64,000 bases of DNA from the NCBI GenBank assembly GCA_023205875.1, contig CP060770.1:372001-436000 (forward strand). Reading direction: 5' to 3'. Position numbers and translations under genes: made by a program. Below the pieces are notes generated by a model that saw only the letters and a list, made by a program, of their open reading frames with translations, was not told the origin of the DNA and did no database searches. This document shows positions 34,895 through 46,196 of this stretch, one piece after another. This stretch comes from Chloropicon primus (lineage: Eukaryota). Every line of letters starts with the position of its first letter. The first letter of the stretch is position 1.

Positions 34895-36463
34895 ATGAGG
34901 ATGGGGATGGGGATGAACAGGAGGATGAGGACGAGGATGAGAGGGATGAAGGGGACAAGGAGGCTTGGTGATGGGTCACGGTGGTCCCTGTCATCGGGTG
35001 CATCGAGGGTCGGACGGGAGAGGGCAATGGATGAAGCGGAAGGGGTCAGAAGGTTGGTGAATCACCAAGTTTTGCTCCGTCATGGTCCGAGGCATGAGGA
35101 CCTGTTTGGATGGATGGAGAGGAGGCCTTGTTCATGTTACTCCACAGGAAGGGACAGGACAATTGCAGAGGGCGTGAGTGATGGAGTGGAGAGAGGGAAG
35201 GTCATTGTGGTGGCGGGACCCACTGGTGTGGGGAAGACGGCGGTGTCGTTGGCCCTCGCGAAGAGGCTGGTGGACCAAGCCAAAGGTGCAGAAGTCATAA
35301 GTGCTGACTCTGTGCAGGTCTACCAGGGCCTCGATGTTGGAAGCAGGAAGCTTCCTGAGGTGGAGAGACACGAATTTGCATCCCTTCACGGGGTGCCACA
35401 CCATCTCATTGATGTTCTCACGCCTGGTGCTCAATACACGGCAGGTGACTTCCACGCACAAGCGAGGAGGAAAACGCTGGAGATACTGGCAAGAGGGAAG
35501 ACTCCGATCGTGGTAGGTGGTACTGGGTTCTGGCTCCGTTGGTACGTTCAGGGCAGGCCGACCACGCCCCGATCGGAGAAGAGGAGTAGGGAGGAGGCTC
35601 GGCGGATGATCGAGGAAGCGAGGGACTGCGGGGACGAGGAGAGGCAGTGGGAGAGGGCTGCTGCCTTGCTGACTGACGCAGGCGACCCGGAGACGGCAGA
35701 GAGGCTGAATAGAAACGATTACTTTCGACTGGAGAGGGCGCTCGAGATTGTGCTTTCCACGGGAAAGCCCATGAAAGCTCACCTGTTGGAGAATCAGAAG
35801 CGAGAGGGCGGAGAAGGCAAAGGACGTGGTGCCTCTGATTTCGACTTCAGGTGCTTCTTTCTCTACCCCAAGAGCCGGCTTGAGCTGTACCAGAGGCTGG
35901 ATGAGAGCTGTGAGGAGATGGTTCTGGGGGGATTGATGCGGGAGTGTGTGGAGTTGCTGAATCTTGGTCTGATGCCAGCCACCTCGACGAGTACGAACGC
36001 CGTCGGATACAGACAATTCATGGAGTACCTTGTGAGATGCAGCGAGGAGGAGAGACGCCATCACCCGAGGGAAGACTGGACGCCGAGCTCGGAAGATTTT
36101 CTTGAGACGTTCTCTGATTTCCAGAAGCAGACGAGGCGGCTGGCCCAGGATCAGCTGACATGGTTCAGGAACGAGACCGGGTTTGAGTGGGTTCCGATGG
36201 AAAGCGATGAAGAAGAGGCCGTGGCGAAGGCTGTGGAGACCATTTGGTCCGACTTCACCTCAACCGATGGGGACGACGGGGGGCCGAGGCAGTGGGACAA
36301 CACCGGAATGGGTTACCTCAGCAGGGACGAGGAGAAGGAGCTTAAGGGGTACAAAGGCCGGTGCTTGTTGACAGGGAGGGATCAGGGAGACCAAGTGAGA
36401 GGCACTGTCATGGATCAAGTGAAGACGTGGGTCACTGGGAATGAGTGGAAACAAGTCAACTGA
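34895..36463 (+). CDS. miaA: tRNA dimethylallyltransferase (miaA/IPT9-like), probably organellar; start uncertain (34775 or 34895)
   Basis: GPTGVGKT P-loop, ISADSVQVYQGLDVGS, PHHLID, VVGGTGFW, AVGYRQ, QLTWFR. Confidence 0.93.
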   Translation: MRMGMGMNRRMRTRMRGMKGTRRLGDGSRWSLSSGASRVGRERAMDEAEGVRRLVNHQVLLRHGPRHEDLFGWMERRPCSCYSTGRDRTIAEGVSDGVERGKVIVVAGPTGVGKTAVSLALAKRLVDQAKGAEVISADSVQVYQGLDVGSRKLPEVERHEFASLHGVPHHLIDVLTPGAQYTAGDFHAQARRKTLEILARGKTPIVVGGTGFWLRWYVQGRPTTPRSEKRSREEARRMIEEARDCGDEERQWERAAALLTDAGDPETAERLNRNDYFRLERALEIVLSTGKPMKAHLLENQKREGGEGKGRGASDFDFRCFFLYPKSRLELYQRLDESCEEMVLGGLMRECVELLNLGLMPATSTSTNAVGYRQFMEYLVRCSEEERRHHPREDWTPSSEDFLETFSDFQKQTRRLAQDQLTWFRNETGFEWVPMESDEEEAVAKAVETIWSDFTSTDGDDGGPRQWDNTGMGYLSRDEEKELKGYKGRCLLTGRDQGDQVRGTVMDQVKTWVTGNEWKQVN

Positions 36464-36512
36464 GTGAATTGCCCACCCGTGCGCTGAAAAAAAGGATTGT
36501 ACATCATAGTAG

Positions 36513-36517
36513 TGTAA
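36513..36517 (+). terminator. TGTAA chlorophyte-type polyadenylation signal after miaA. Similar signals at 23972, 51933, 63019 (+) and 55386-55390 (-)
   Basis: TGTAA lies 30-110 nt downstream of several stop codons on the sense strand; UGUAA is the known chlorophyte poly(A) element. Confidence 0.55.
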
Positions 36518-36537
36518 ATGCAGTAGATCGGAGTTAT

Positions 36538-39500
36538 TCATTTCTTCCAAAACGCAAGTCTTGAGAAGAAGCCCTTCTTTTTCTTTCCCTCGGCTTCAGC
36601 GGCAAGCGTAACGTCTGCACTGCATGATTTGAAAGCAAGCAAGACGTAGGCGACGAAGAGCAAGCCAATGTAAAGCGAGAACAGCGCCACGATGTCTCGA
36701 CTCAAATCATCTGCAGAAAAGTTGAAGGTGTCCAAGAACAAGTCGCCCTTGACGTCCACATCAAGACCAGCAGCATTGAAGTTCACCTCCAGCCCTGACA
36801 CTTCGTTCGTGAACAGCAGCTCAAAGCCATAAAAGAAGATGCTACAGTATTGGAGCCAAGACAGCCACACGGGCAGAGCATCCGCATTTGCCAAAAAGCC
36901 GCCGAACAAGAGACCGACCAGCAATGCAACAATGGTTGTCAAACTTGCAAATCCTGCCGTAGGCGAGACAGTTGCAATCACCATGCTCAACGCCCCTGCA
37001 GCTAGATTGAACAAGCTAAGGGTGGCGAAGAATACGCAAACATGTGAAGGCGTGTTCCTGAAGCCAATGCTCCAGTACACGATAAGCCCGTACAGCACCG
37101 CAGGCAAGACTCTTAAGAGGAGCCCATCAAGGAGGGCCTTGGCAAAGAAGTAGGTGCCAACCCTGTAATACCCTCCCTGAGACTCCCGGGTGAAAACGGC
37201 CCTCTCATTGATGAACAAATCGATCGAAGTCAGGCTTCCAAAGGCAAAGAAGGTAAGCGTGAAGAAGATGCACCCAGCTCTGTTTTGCAGACCGGCCAGA
37301 TCGTTTGGCACGTTTTGGAAGATGACCGCGGTGGCCGCTCCAACAAGAATGCTCACGCCAATGTGAAGCTTCAAGAGGGCAGGGTGCCTCCAAATATCCG
37401 TCCAGGTCCTCCAAAACAAGATCACAAGCTGACTGTCCAGGGGCTGGAAGGAGTCAGCGGCAACGAGGTTGCCCTTCCTGGCTGGGGACAAATCGAGAAC
37501 TGCCCTGGTGCTTGGGGTCATGTCCACCTCCACAAAGGCACTCTGAGAACGTTTCCTGGAGATGGGAACAATTTCCATGTTCACGCTGACGGGGCCGCGG
37601 CCACTCTGGACAGATCTAGCAGACTGCTTGTCGATTTCCACCTTGATCTTTGCCACGTCATCTTCTGCAAGACCGCCGCTTCCTCTGGAGGATTTCCTGA
37701 CAAGCTTTTCGCAGGACTCGTACTTGCTCACAACCTCCAGAATGTGGTCAGCGATATTGCAGTTTCGAGGGCAAGGGAAGCCCATGTCAGAAAAGTAAGA
37801 GGAGACGGCATTCGCATCCCCGCAGTACACGGCGTGACCCCTTGCAAGCAAAAGAATCTTGTCCAGCTCCTTGAAGACGGCTTCGCTGGGCTGGTGCAAG
37901 CTCAGGAACACCATCCTGCCATTCCTTGCAAGCCTCGTCAGCGTGGACATGATGGACGCGGCTGTGTAGCTGTCCAACCCGCTTGTGGGCTCATCCAAGA
38001 ACAGTATCTTCGGGCTCGTCACGAGCTCCATTCCAATGCTCACCCTCCTCCTCTCTCCACCGCTGACTCCTCGAATGGCACCTCCACTACCACCGACCTG
38101 GCTGTTCGCTACCTTCTTCAAACCCAGCTCCTTGAGAACTTGGTCGACCTGAGAGATCTTGTCCTTCTTCTCCCAATGCCAAGGCAAACGAAGCATGGCG
38201 GAGTACATGATGCACTCGCGTACTGTCAAGGTAGGGATCTGATTGTCCTCCTGCGGCACGTGAGCGGCAATCTTGTGGAACCATTGGTCCCTGGGCTGGC
38301 CATCAATCTGAATCAACCCAGAGACCTTGCAGTTGCTGATCTGAGAGTTTCCTCCAGCGAGAATGTTCAGCAGCGTACTCTTTCCCGAGCCAGATGGGCC
38401 CATGATGGCCATGACGAGGCCTTTCTGTGATGTTCCAGAGATGGAGTGGAGGATTGTCTTCTTGCCGCTACGGGTGGTCTCATCAAGATTTTTGAACAAG
38501 TCGCTCTCAGACATCACCCTAATGGTCTTGACTCCTTCTGGGAATTTCTCCAAAGAGCACTGGTTCATGCTGTGCGAGCTCTGAGATTTCAAGTAATCCA
38601 CCCTGCTGCGGCCGCTGATGCTTGGCCTCTCTGCATTTTTCTCATCCTTCTTCGAGAAGAGACTCCTCCACAGTGGGGCAACTTGAGAGCTGCTGCTCGC
38701 TTCTGATTGCAGGACGCATTTGATGCTGCTGAAGGTGAAAGTGGATCCCGGAAGAAGCAAATTGGAGACTGCCGATCCTCCGTACCTTCCATGCTTGGCA
38801 AGGACGCCTTTGAGGCGCACCCTGCACAAATGCGTCGACAGGAAGAAGAACGCGAGGGCAAGCAAAACACCGCCCATGATCCCAAGGAGGGCAAGCAAGA
38901 GCCCGGGTGGAGATACGCTCTCCAGCGGAGCTGTTTCGACGTTCACATTCTCCTCCCCACTGATGCACTTTCCTTGCGTGCAGATTCCCTCAACAGTGAC
39001 AGGCAGGCCCTCCACGGCGACTTCACAGACCCACTGGTTCTCGTCCATTCTCCAGTCGCACAGCACTCCAGCTTCCAAGTTCTTGGCGTCCTCCATGATG
39101 TCAATGATTTCCTGTGGGATGTACGACGGACAACCCATATCAGGGTGGCAAGAGCAGGAGAGGTCATTGCAGTTGACATGGCCACTGCCCTCAGTGAAGG
39201 TGCAATCCAGGACCTCGCAGGCGATGTGAGGCTGAGTGTCACTGTAGGAACCAAGTCTGACCGTGCACTTCTTCTCCTCAACGCTGCATGTGGTCCTGAT
39301 GTCCCCCTCGAGGAAATCTCTCACAGGATCCCCATCCCTCAGGTAACAAGAATACTCCTTGGAGGAGGTCTTGTTGGAGTAGATCAAAGAAGTATCGCAC
39401 TCCTCGCCCAGTTCCGCGATTTGGCAAGCCGCGTTGTTGGTACACATGTGGCACGCAGACCCGGACCAGCCCACCTGGCATTCACAAGAGCAAAAGTGCT

Positions 39501-40611
39501 CATTGAACACGGTGTTGTAACCTTCGCAATCCGCCGGAACCAAATCGCAGTCTTGGCTTTGCAGGGCCTTTGCTTCCGCGAGGTACTCGTCCACCACGGA
39601 CTCATTCCCTCCTTGGATCCAGGTCGAAGGCGGAACGGACTCGCTTTGGTAGATCACTGAGGTGGCGTTGGCGCTGGGAAACAAGTCGCAGAACCCCGTG
39701 GGGATGCTGCAGTCCGATCCCGACCAGCCGCACTGGCAGAGGCACCCGTAATCCGAGGAGTTGCTGCCCAAGGGCACGCATTTGCCGTGAAGCATGCAGC
39801 TTTCCGGACAGCCGATCACGCCACTTCCATCGATGTAGGTCTCAAAGTTCACCGCGGCCGTTATTCCCTCCGCGATGTCTCCGTCCTGCAGCTCGAAGCC
39901 CGCAGAAATGGGCGCATCCAAGGCCACAGCCCTCCCGTCCCAGTCGAACCTTCCGGTCATCTGGACGCTCGTGTTGAGGCCCGCCATGTCGACATAAGCA
40001 GGCTCCCCACTCGGCCCAAGAATCATGCTCACGGCGCTCCCGGTCCCGGAATAGATCCTCCACATGGCCTCAATGTCGAACGTGGACGAGTTCCCGGACT
40101 CGCTCGTGACAACGTAAAAGTCCTCCGAGAGGAGCTCGAGGGAAAGGTCGTGGAAGAGAATGTCCGCGAACCGGGTCGCCCCCAGCGTAACGTCCACGTT
40201 CAGCTCCTGGGGCCAAACCCTAAGAGCATTCTGGTGCATCACGTCTGGCGCGGACACGAAGCGGAACGTTACGTTCTTCCCTGGCCCGACCATGTCCGAG
40301 GCGGTCTGTGGGCACGGCGGTGCTATGCTGTCCGGGTCGCTCGCAGCAGCCGGCACGACCTCCACGAAAACGGAACCGACCAATCCAGCCTCCTCTGTCA
40401 CCATTTTGATCGGGATGGTCAGAGGGGTCAAAACGGTCCCACTGATCTCGAGACGACTCTTCTCGGGAGCGAGGTCGAACCGAAGGACGCAAGCCCCTTC
40501 GTCCGCGGGCGAGGTCGGCACCGAGGCGAACCCCGATGCCCTCACTCCCCTCGGCCGGTTCAAGCATGACACCACGAGGAGGAACACGAACCAACGCATC
40601 CTCATCCTCAT
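36538..40611 (-). CDS. ADP1: ADP1-like ABCG half-transporter with signal peptide and EGF-like Cys-rich luminal domain
   Basis: Signal peptide, CxCxxGWSGxxC EGF motifs, TM helix, GPSGSGKS, VSGGERRRVSIG, LDEPTSGLD, C-terminal ABC2 membrane domain. Confidence 0.9.
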   Translation of the reverse strand: MRMRMRWFVFLLVVSCLNRPRGVRASGFASVPTSPADEGACVLRFDLAPEKSRLEISGTVLTPLTIPIKMVTEEAGLVGSVFVEVVPAAASDPDSIAPPCPQTASDMVGPGKNVTFRFVSAPDVMHQNALRVWPQELNVDVTLGATRFADILFHDLSLELLSEDFYVVTSESGNSSTFDIEAMWRIYSGTGSAVSMILGPSGEPAYVDMAGLNTSVQMTGRFDWDGRAVALDAPISAGFELQDGDIAEGITAAVNFETYIDGSGVIGCPESCMLHGKCVPLGSNSSDYGCLCQCGWSGSDCSIPTGFCDLFPSANATSVIYQSESVPPSTWIQGGNESVVDEYLAEAKALQSQDCDLVPADCEGYNTVFNEHFCSCECQVGWSGSACHMCTNNAACQIAELGEECDTSLIYSNKTSSKEYSCYLRDGDPVRDFLEGDIRTTCSVEEKKCTVRLGSYSDTQPHIACEVLDCTFTEGSGHVNCNDLSCSCHPDMGCPSYIPQEIIDIMEDAKNLEAGVLCDWRMDENQWVCEVAVEGLPVTVEGICTQGKCISGEENVNVETAPLESVSPPGLLLALLGIMGGVLLALAFFFLSTHLCRVRLKGVLAKHGRYGGSAVSNLLLPGSTFTFSSIKCVLQSEASSSSQVAPLWRSLFSKKDEKNAERPSISGRSRVDYLKSQSSHSMNQCSLEKFPEGVKTIRVMSESDLFKNLDETTRSGKKTILHSISGTSQKGLVMAIMGPSGSGKSTLLNILAGGNSQISNCKVSGLIQIDGQPRDQWFHKIAAHVPQEDNQIPTLTVRECIMYSAMLRLPWHWEKKDKISQVDQVLKELGLKKVANSQVGGSGGAIRGVSGGERRRVSIGMELVTSPKILFLDEPTSGLDSYTAASIMSTLTRLARNGRMVFLSLHQPSEAVFKELDKILLLARGHAVYCGDANAVSSYFSDMGFPCPRNCNIADHILEVVSKYESCEKLVRKSSRGSGGLAEDDVAKIKVEIDKQSARSVQSGRGPVSVNMEIVPISRKRSQSAFVEVDMTPSTRAVLDLSPARKGNLVAADSFQPLDSQLVILFWRTWTDIWRHPALLKLHIGVSILVGAATAVIFQNVPNDLAGLQNRAGCIFFTLTFFAFGSLTSIDLFINERAVFTRESQGGYYRVGTYFFAKALLDGLLLRVLPAVLYGLIVYWSIGFRNTPSHVCVFFATLSLFNLAAGALSMVIATVSPTAGFASLTTIVALLVGLLFGGFLANADALPVWLSWLQYCSIFFYGFELLFTNEVSGLEVNFNAAGLDVDVKGDLFLDTFNFSADDLSRDIVALFSLYIGLLFVAYVLLAFKSCSADVTLAAEAEGKKKKGFFSRLAFWKK

Positions 40612-41226
40612 CCAAAAAAAAAAAAAAAGGAAGAAAGGAAAAGAAAAAAAAAAACGAACGGACGCTCGTTCCGCGTTCTTCTTTTTCGCTCGGTCCTACA
40701 ACCCAAGCCCCCCCCTCCTCCTCCGCAGCGCGTGCCGCAATGCCGCAATGCCTCCGTCCCTTACGTAACGGCCGGGCGCCAGGCTTTTTGTTCTGTCTGT
40801 CTGTTGATTTTTTTGTTTTTGAATTTTGAATCGTTCGTTTTCGGTAACGGTCAGAACGAGGAGCACGAGGGGGATGAGATGAGGTGAGGTGAGGCAAGCC
40901 ACATCACGTTGTTGTGAAACTGAAAACACACACAAGCAAGTTTGGATTCTTATCCTCTTCCTTTCTCTTTCTCTTGCTCTTGCTCTTGCTCTTGCTGTTG
41001 CTGTTTGCTGTTGCTGTTGCTTCCTCCGGTGGGAGTAACTCTTTCAAGCCGGGGTCTGACCCCGGGCCCTGGGAGGTGGCGGTGGGGAGTGTTTCTCACT
41101 GTTTCTCACTGTTGTCACTAACGTTCTTGAAAGCGTTTTTATTATTCGCCACAAAAAAGAAGAAGAAGAAGAAGAAGAAGAAGAAGAAGAATTCCTCCCT
41201 CTCCCTCTCCCTCTCCCTCTGACCCA

Positions 41227-42321
41227 TCAGCTCGAGATGGAGTTCTCGCCATCCTCAGTCGTCGTCCCGCACTTGTCGCAGCTCAGCAGGCAGTAGCCGT
41301 CCATCCAGTCATCATCGCAATTGCCGAAACTGGCCTGGTCCTCGCAAGTGAACTGGGTGTCCACGTTGGGCGGGTACTCGTCCGCGCATGCCTGCTCCGT
41401 AGCGGTGGAGTTGCCCGAGATCTCGTCGCCCGCCGAAGGGGCGCCAACCTCTTCGGTAGCGTTGGCCTTCCCCTTCGGAACGCTGGCGGCGCTGGCAATC
41501 TGCCTCGCCACCGGCTTGACGCACTTGCCGCAGCTGAGCAAGCAGTAGCCGTCCATCCAGCCCTCGTCGCACTTGCCAAAGTCCTTCTGCTTGGCGCAGT
41601 CGTGGTTCGAGTTGTCCGACGGCGATTTTTCGTCCGTGCAGTTGGAAAGGACGAGCGTGCCATTCTCGAGGACCTCGCCCTCCTCCGCCACGAGAATCTC
41701 GTCGCCCTCGGCGGCGGACCCCTCCGAGGCGCCCTCGTCTTCTGGCTCCTCCCCCGCAGAGGCGGCCTCCTCGGCCTCGCACTTCTCGCAGCTCAGCAGG
41801 CAGTAGCCGTCCATCCAGCCCTCGTCGCACTTGCCGAAGCCGGCCTGGTCCTCGCAAGTGTAGCGGGTGTCCACGTCCGGGGGGTACTCGTCCACGCAAG
41901 TTCCGTTCGCGGCAGCGGCCTTGGCGTCAAAGTCGGAGTCGTCGTAGAGCCCCTTGCACCTCTCCTCTCCCGCCACGGGGAGCTCGCACTCGGCGATCCT
42001 GGTGTGAATGATGTCCTTGGCGAACATGGGCACCGCCTCGTCGAGGACGTCCTCCAAGACCCCGGAGCTGCACGTGCAGTAGTGCACGGGAGACTCCTCC
42101 CCGAGCAGCTCGTTCATCGCCTCGCAGCACGACTCAGACGCGCCCCTCACGCAGGAGATGATCCTGTCGTCCGTAGCGAAGTCGTCGATCGGGGCGTTGT
42201 CCTTGCACTCCTCCTTGGTCAGCACATCCGTACTAGTCGTTTTATTCTGGGCCCTCACCGAAGAGGCCGCCAGGACACCGACCAACAGAACGCCGGCAAG
42301 GAAGCACCTCTTCCCCTTCAT
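41227..42321 (-). CDS. Secreted protein with an N-terminal Cys-rich domain and three ShK-like 6-Cys repeats
   Basis: Signal MKGKRCFLAGVLLVGVLAASSVRA; three copies of CxDxxP......TC..Q..FGKCD..WMDGYCLLSC.KC separated by acidic linkers with N-glycosylation sequons. Confidence 0.8.
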   Translation of the reverse strand: MKGKRCFLAGVLLVGVLAASSVRAQNKTTSTDVLTKEECKDNAPIDDFATDDRIISCVRGASESCCEAMNELLGEESPVHYCTCSSGVLEDVLDEAVPMFAKDIIHTRIAECELPVAGEERCKGLYDDSDFDAKAAAANGTCVDEYPPDVDTRYTCEDQAGFGKCDEGWMDGYCLLSCEKCEAEEAASAGEEPEDEGASEGSAAEGDEILVAEEGEVLENGTLVLSNCTDEKSPSDNSNHDCAKQKDFGKCDEGWMDGYCLLSCGKCVKPVARQIASAASVPKGKANATEEVGAPSAGDEISGNSTATEQACADEYPPNVDTQFTCEDQASFGNCDDDWMDGYCLLSCDKCGTTTEDGENSISS

Positions 42322-42817
42322 CTTCTTCTCCCTGTTCCCGTTTCGTTTCGCTTGGGTCAAACCGAACCAAACCAACTCGTGTGGTGTGGTGCGTGAGCTC
42401 GATGCTGCGTCGAGGAGGAGAAGGAAAAACAAGAAGAAGAAGAAGAATCGGAGGAGACGTCGTCGTTGCTATCAGTATCTCGGCTTCTCGGTCTCTCTCA
42501 CGCACAGGCACGCGACATCTCTCTCTCTCTCTCTGGCCGCCACCTCACGACTCGCGGAGGCGTTACGACTTTGACGTTGACCTCGACCCCGCGTCCTCAC
42601 TCGTGCCTCAATTCTTTCGAGGGAGGGCTCGATGGAAAGCTCAAGACATATAGTTTCCCCTCGATCCGCTCCCGCGTCGCTCACCCCTCACGTTCTCGTC
42701 CACGACCTCGGCTTACCTTGAAGCGTTACGACTTTTCTTTTTTCGCGCCCACTGGCCACTCCTCTAATGAGAGGCTCAGAATCGTTTAAAAGTTCAAAGA
42801 GGCCGAGATGGATGATG

Positions 42818-43354
42818 ATGTGACCTTCTCAAGTGAAAGAGAGACAAGGCGGACAAGAGAGAGGAGAGTGAGAGTGAGGGATGCAAGTGGTCCAAGTGAG
42901 TCACTTGAAGTGAGCGGGCTAGTGACTCATAAGCCCCCCCCCCACTCTCTCTCTCTCTCTCTTTCCCAGGACTCTCCGAACGTTATTCGCGGACCCTTTC
43001 CCGGTGCCTTGGCATCATGCATGTGACCTCCTCCTCAAGTGAAAGAGAGACAAGGCGGCAAGAGAGAGGAGTGAGAGTGAGGGATGCAAGTGGTCCAAGT
43101 GAGTCACTTGAAGTGAGCGGGCTAGTGACTCATAAGCCCCCCCCACTCTCTCTCTCTCTCTTTCCCAGGACTCTCCGAACGTTATTCGCGGACCCTTTCC
43201 CGGTGCCTTGGCATCATGCATGTGACCTCCTCCTCAAGTGAAAGAGAGACAAGGCGGCAAGAGAGAGGAGTGAGAGTGAGGGATGCAAGTGGTCCAAGTG
43301 AGTCACTTGAAGTGAGCGGGCTAGTGACTCATAAGCCCCCCCCACTCTCTCTCT
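42818..43354. repeat. Tandem array of about 200-bp units (about 2.7 copies) in a divergent intergenic region
   Basis: TCAAGTGAAAGAGAGACAAGGCGG at 42829, 43035 and 43234 (periods 206 and 199). Confidence 0.95.
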
Positions 43355-43619
43355 CCCTCTCCTCCTCTCCTCCTCGTCCTCGTCCTCGTCCCACCTCACT
43401 CATCGAAGAGACACACAGAGAGAGAGAGAGAGAGGAGAGCAAAGGCAAACGAGTCGAGGTGAGGGAACACTCGTGGGTGTTTCTTTCTTCATCCTTCCAG
43501 AACACAACAAGAGACAAAAGCATCTCATCCTCTTTCGAACGAGTCCTCGATCGTAACAGACGGCGAAGGATCGACCAAGCAACGACGCATCGCATCGCAA
43601 GAGAAGGGGAGTGAGTGGG

Positions 43620-44135
43620 ATGGTTGGCGTGGCGATGGCGCTGGTCTCGGAGGTTGACGCAACGATGGCGGAGAAGGAGGACGCTACGGTGGCTTGTGAT
43701 GGGAGGAAGGGTCAAGAGGGTGCAGCGGGAAGTGGAAGGAGGGATCCCATCGCTTTGCCAAGGACGAGGGTTCAAAGCATAGCGAGTGAGTTCACCTCGA
43801 CGGCGCCGAGCGCTGACCCTCTGTATGCGATCTCTCGTGCCACGGAACTCTTCTTGGAACACTTCGTGTCGAAGATCACGCAAGGGGAAAGGATCAGTGC
43901 CTTGGAGAACGGATCCGTGATCCACTTGCAGTACGAGGATCTCACCACGGCTGTGTTGGAGGACAAGCGCTTGGGCTCCATCCTTTCGGACGTCATCCCG
44001 CCCAAGTGTCACATCGATGTGGCCTTCCCTCGGGCGGAGCAGGAGGGGGATCCCGCCACGCCGATGGATGCGACAACGACGACGACGGAGGTGGAGGCGG
44101 TGACCAAGGGCCAGCACCACCCGAGTCCGGCGTAG
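43620..44135 (+). CDS. H2A-type histone-fold protein (NF-YC/DPB3/POLE4/CHRAC1-like)
   Basis: LPRTRVQSIA...LYAISRATELFLEHF...LQYEDLTTAV...ILSDVIP matches the CBFD_NFYB_HMF pattern. Confidence 0.8.
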   Translation: MVGVAMALVSEVDATMAEKEDATVACDGRKGQEGAAGSGRRDPIALPRTRVQSIASEFTSTAPSADPLYAISRATELFLEHFVSKITQGERISALENGSVIHLQYEDLTTAVLEDKRLGSILSDVIPPKCHIDVAFPRAEQEGDPATPMDATTTTTEVEAVTKGQHHPSPA

Positions 44136-44358
44136 GGGCAAGGCACAAGGCTGGTGGAGGGTCAAGAACAAGAAGAAGGTGATGATGGTGATGGTGCGAG
44201 GAGCCTAGGTTGATGTTCGTTTTGTTTTCGTGTTTTGTTTGCAGTCCACGGTGTTGGCGGTGGTGTTGCCGTCGAAGGAGATGGGTGCTGGGTGCTGGGG
44301 GACGACGCACGCACGGCCGACGCATCCAGCCTAATGATGAGAGGGCACGGTTGTTTTA

Positions 44359-44396
<38 letters not shown>

Positions 44397-45275
44397 GGAG
44401 GTTAGTAGTAGAAGTAGAAGAAGAAGAGCAAGGGACAACGCATCCATCCACCATGCTCCCCTCCCCCTGCCCCCAAGGTACAGGCCTCGATCTCGATCGA
44501 TCGATCGATGGATGCATCCCTTCGTCCCTCTTTGCAGTGTCCCTCCCCACCACCATCCTCTCTGTCGCTCCAGGGAAGGAGACTGGGCAAGCGAGGGCTC
44601 TTTGGAAAGAGCAAGGGACAACGCATCCATCCACCATGGATTGGATCTCATTCAGGAAGCATCTGTTACACACACACACACACACACACTCTCTCTCTCT
44701 CTCTCCCACTCTCTCTGTGTTTTTCTGGATGGATGGATCAAGGCTTCTCGAGTGAGGTCAGCAGCCCGCGGACGAGGACCACTTGAGGGAGAGAGGGAAT
44801 GCATGAATGAATAATACAAAACAATGGACTACCACGGAGGTTACCTCCCTCCTGGCTTCGATGGATGGATGGATGTGGATGGCCAACGAAGGGAGAGCTT
44901 CCGCTTCCTCTCTCCCTTCGTCGCCACTAATCATGAGTGTACTCGACATCGACATCGTTATTTGGGTGTCTACTCCCCAAGATGGAATCTCTACTCTCCA
45001 GGAGGTTGACGGCGGTCATTCCACAACACACGTACCAACGATACACTTCATAGAAAGAACAAAATACGTCTACACCTAATCAAACACCAGTTAAGAGAAC
45101 ACATTATTCTACCACAGACGTTTCTTTTGTGCACGTCTGTGTTAGAATGTTTCGTGGCGGCGGCGGAGAGACCAAAAAAAACAGAGAGAAAGGCGAAAGA
45201 GTAGAGAACCCCATTAGCAGCGCAGGCAGCGGAGGCAACGGAGGCAACGGCAAAGGAACACGTCCAGGGAGCATC

Positions 45276-46196
45276 ATGAAGTTCAACGAGGCAGTATCCT
45301 CCTCCAGGAGGAAGAGCAGGAAGGTAAGATACCATCCCTCCATCCCTTTTCTCCATCCCTTTCTCTCCTTTTCTCCTTTTTTCTCCTTTTTTCCTGCTTC
45401 GCTGGTAATGGTTCATGCTCGCCCGTTAATGGTTCATGGTTCGTGGTTCATGGTTTCTTTTTTTGTGGGTGGGGGCGTTCTGTGACGTGCCTCTGTCTCC
45501 GGTTCCCATCAAGCGGTCCCATGGGTTGGGTGGGTTCCAAAAACCAAACCACCCGAACACCCGACAGACAAGAGGAGGAGGAGCAAACCAAACCAAACCA
45601 AAACCAAACCCCTCTTTCACTTCATCTCCATCCTTTCTCTTCACTTCATGCTGTCTCTCTTTCCTCAAGCTGCTTGCTTGCTTGGTTCTCTTGCTGACGC
45701 CATTGTCTTTTTCTTTCGCCTCATCCTTTGCTTGGCTTGCTTCCATGATGGATATTGCTTTTGGCATTCCGTGATGCTATGATTGATGATGGGAATATAA
45801 CCTTAGGCTCACTTCACAGCGCCTAGCCACATGAGGAGGAAGATCATGTCCGCGCCTTTGAGCACGGAGCTTCGTGCCAAGTATGCCGTGAGAAGCGTTC
45901 CGATCAGGAAGGACGACGAGGTGCAGATTGTGAGAGGAACCTACAAGAACAGAGAAGGAAAGGTGACTCAGGTGTACAGGAGGAAGTGGGTGATCCACAT
46001 CGAGCGCATCACGAGGGAGCGCGTCAATGGAGCGACCGTCAACGTTGGAATTGACCCCAGCAAGGTCGTCATCACCAAACTGAAGATCGACAAGAACAGG
46101 AAGGAGCTTCTCGACAGAAAGAAGGGAGCCAACGCCGAGAAGGGAAAGGGAAAGTTCACCGAGGCGGAGGTCCAGGCCATGCAGGACGTCGACTAA
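45276..46196 (+). CDS. RPL26: 60S ribosomal protein L26 (uL24). Exons 45276-45323, 45807-46196
   Basis: [35 protein letters not shown]...PIRKDDEV; canonical in-frame GT-AG intron. Confidence 0.97.
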
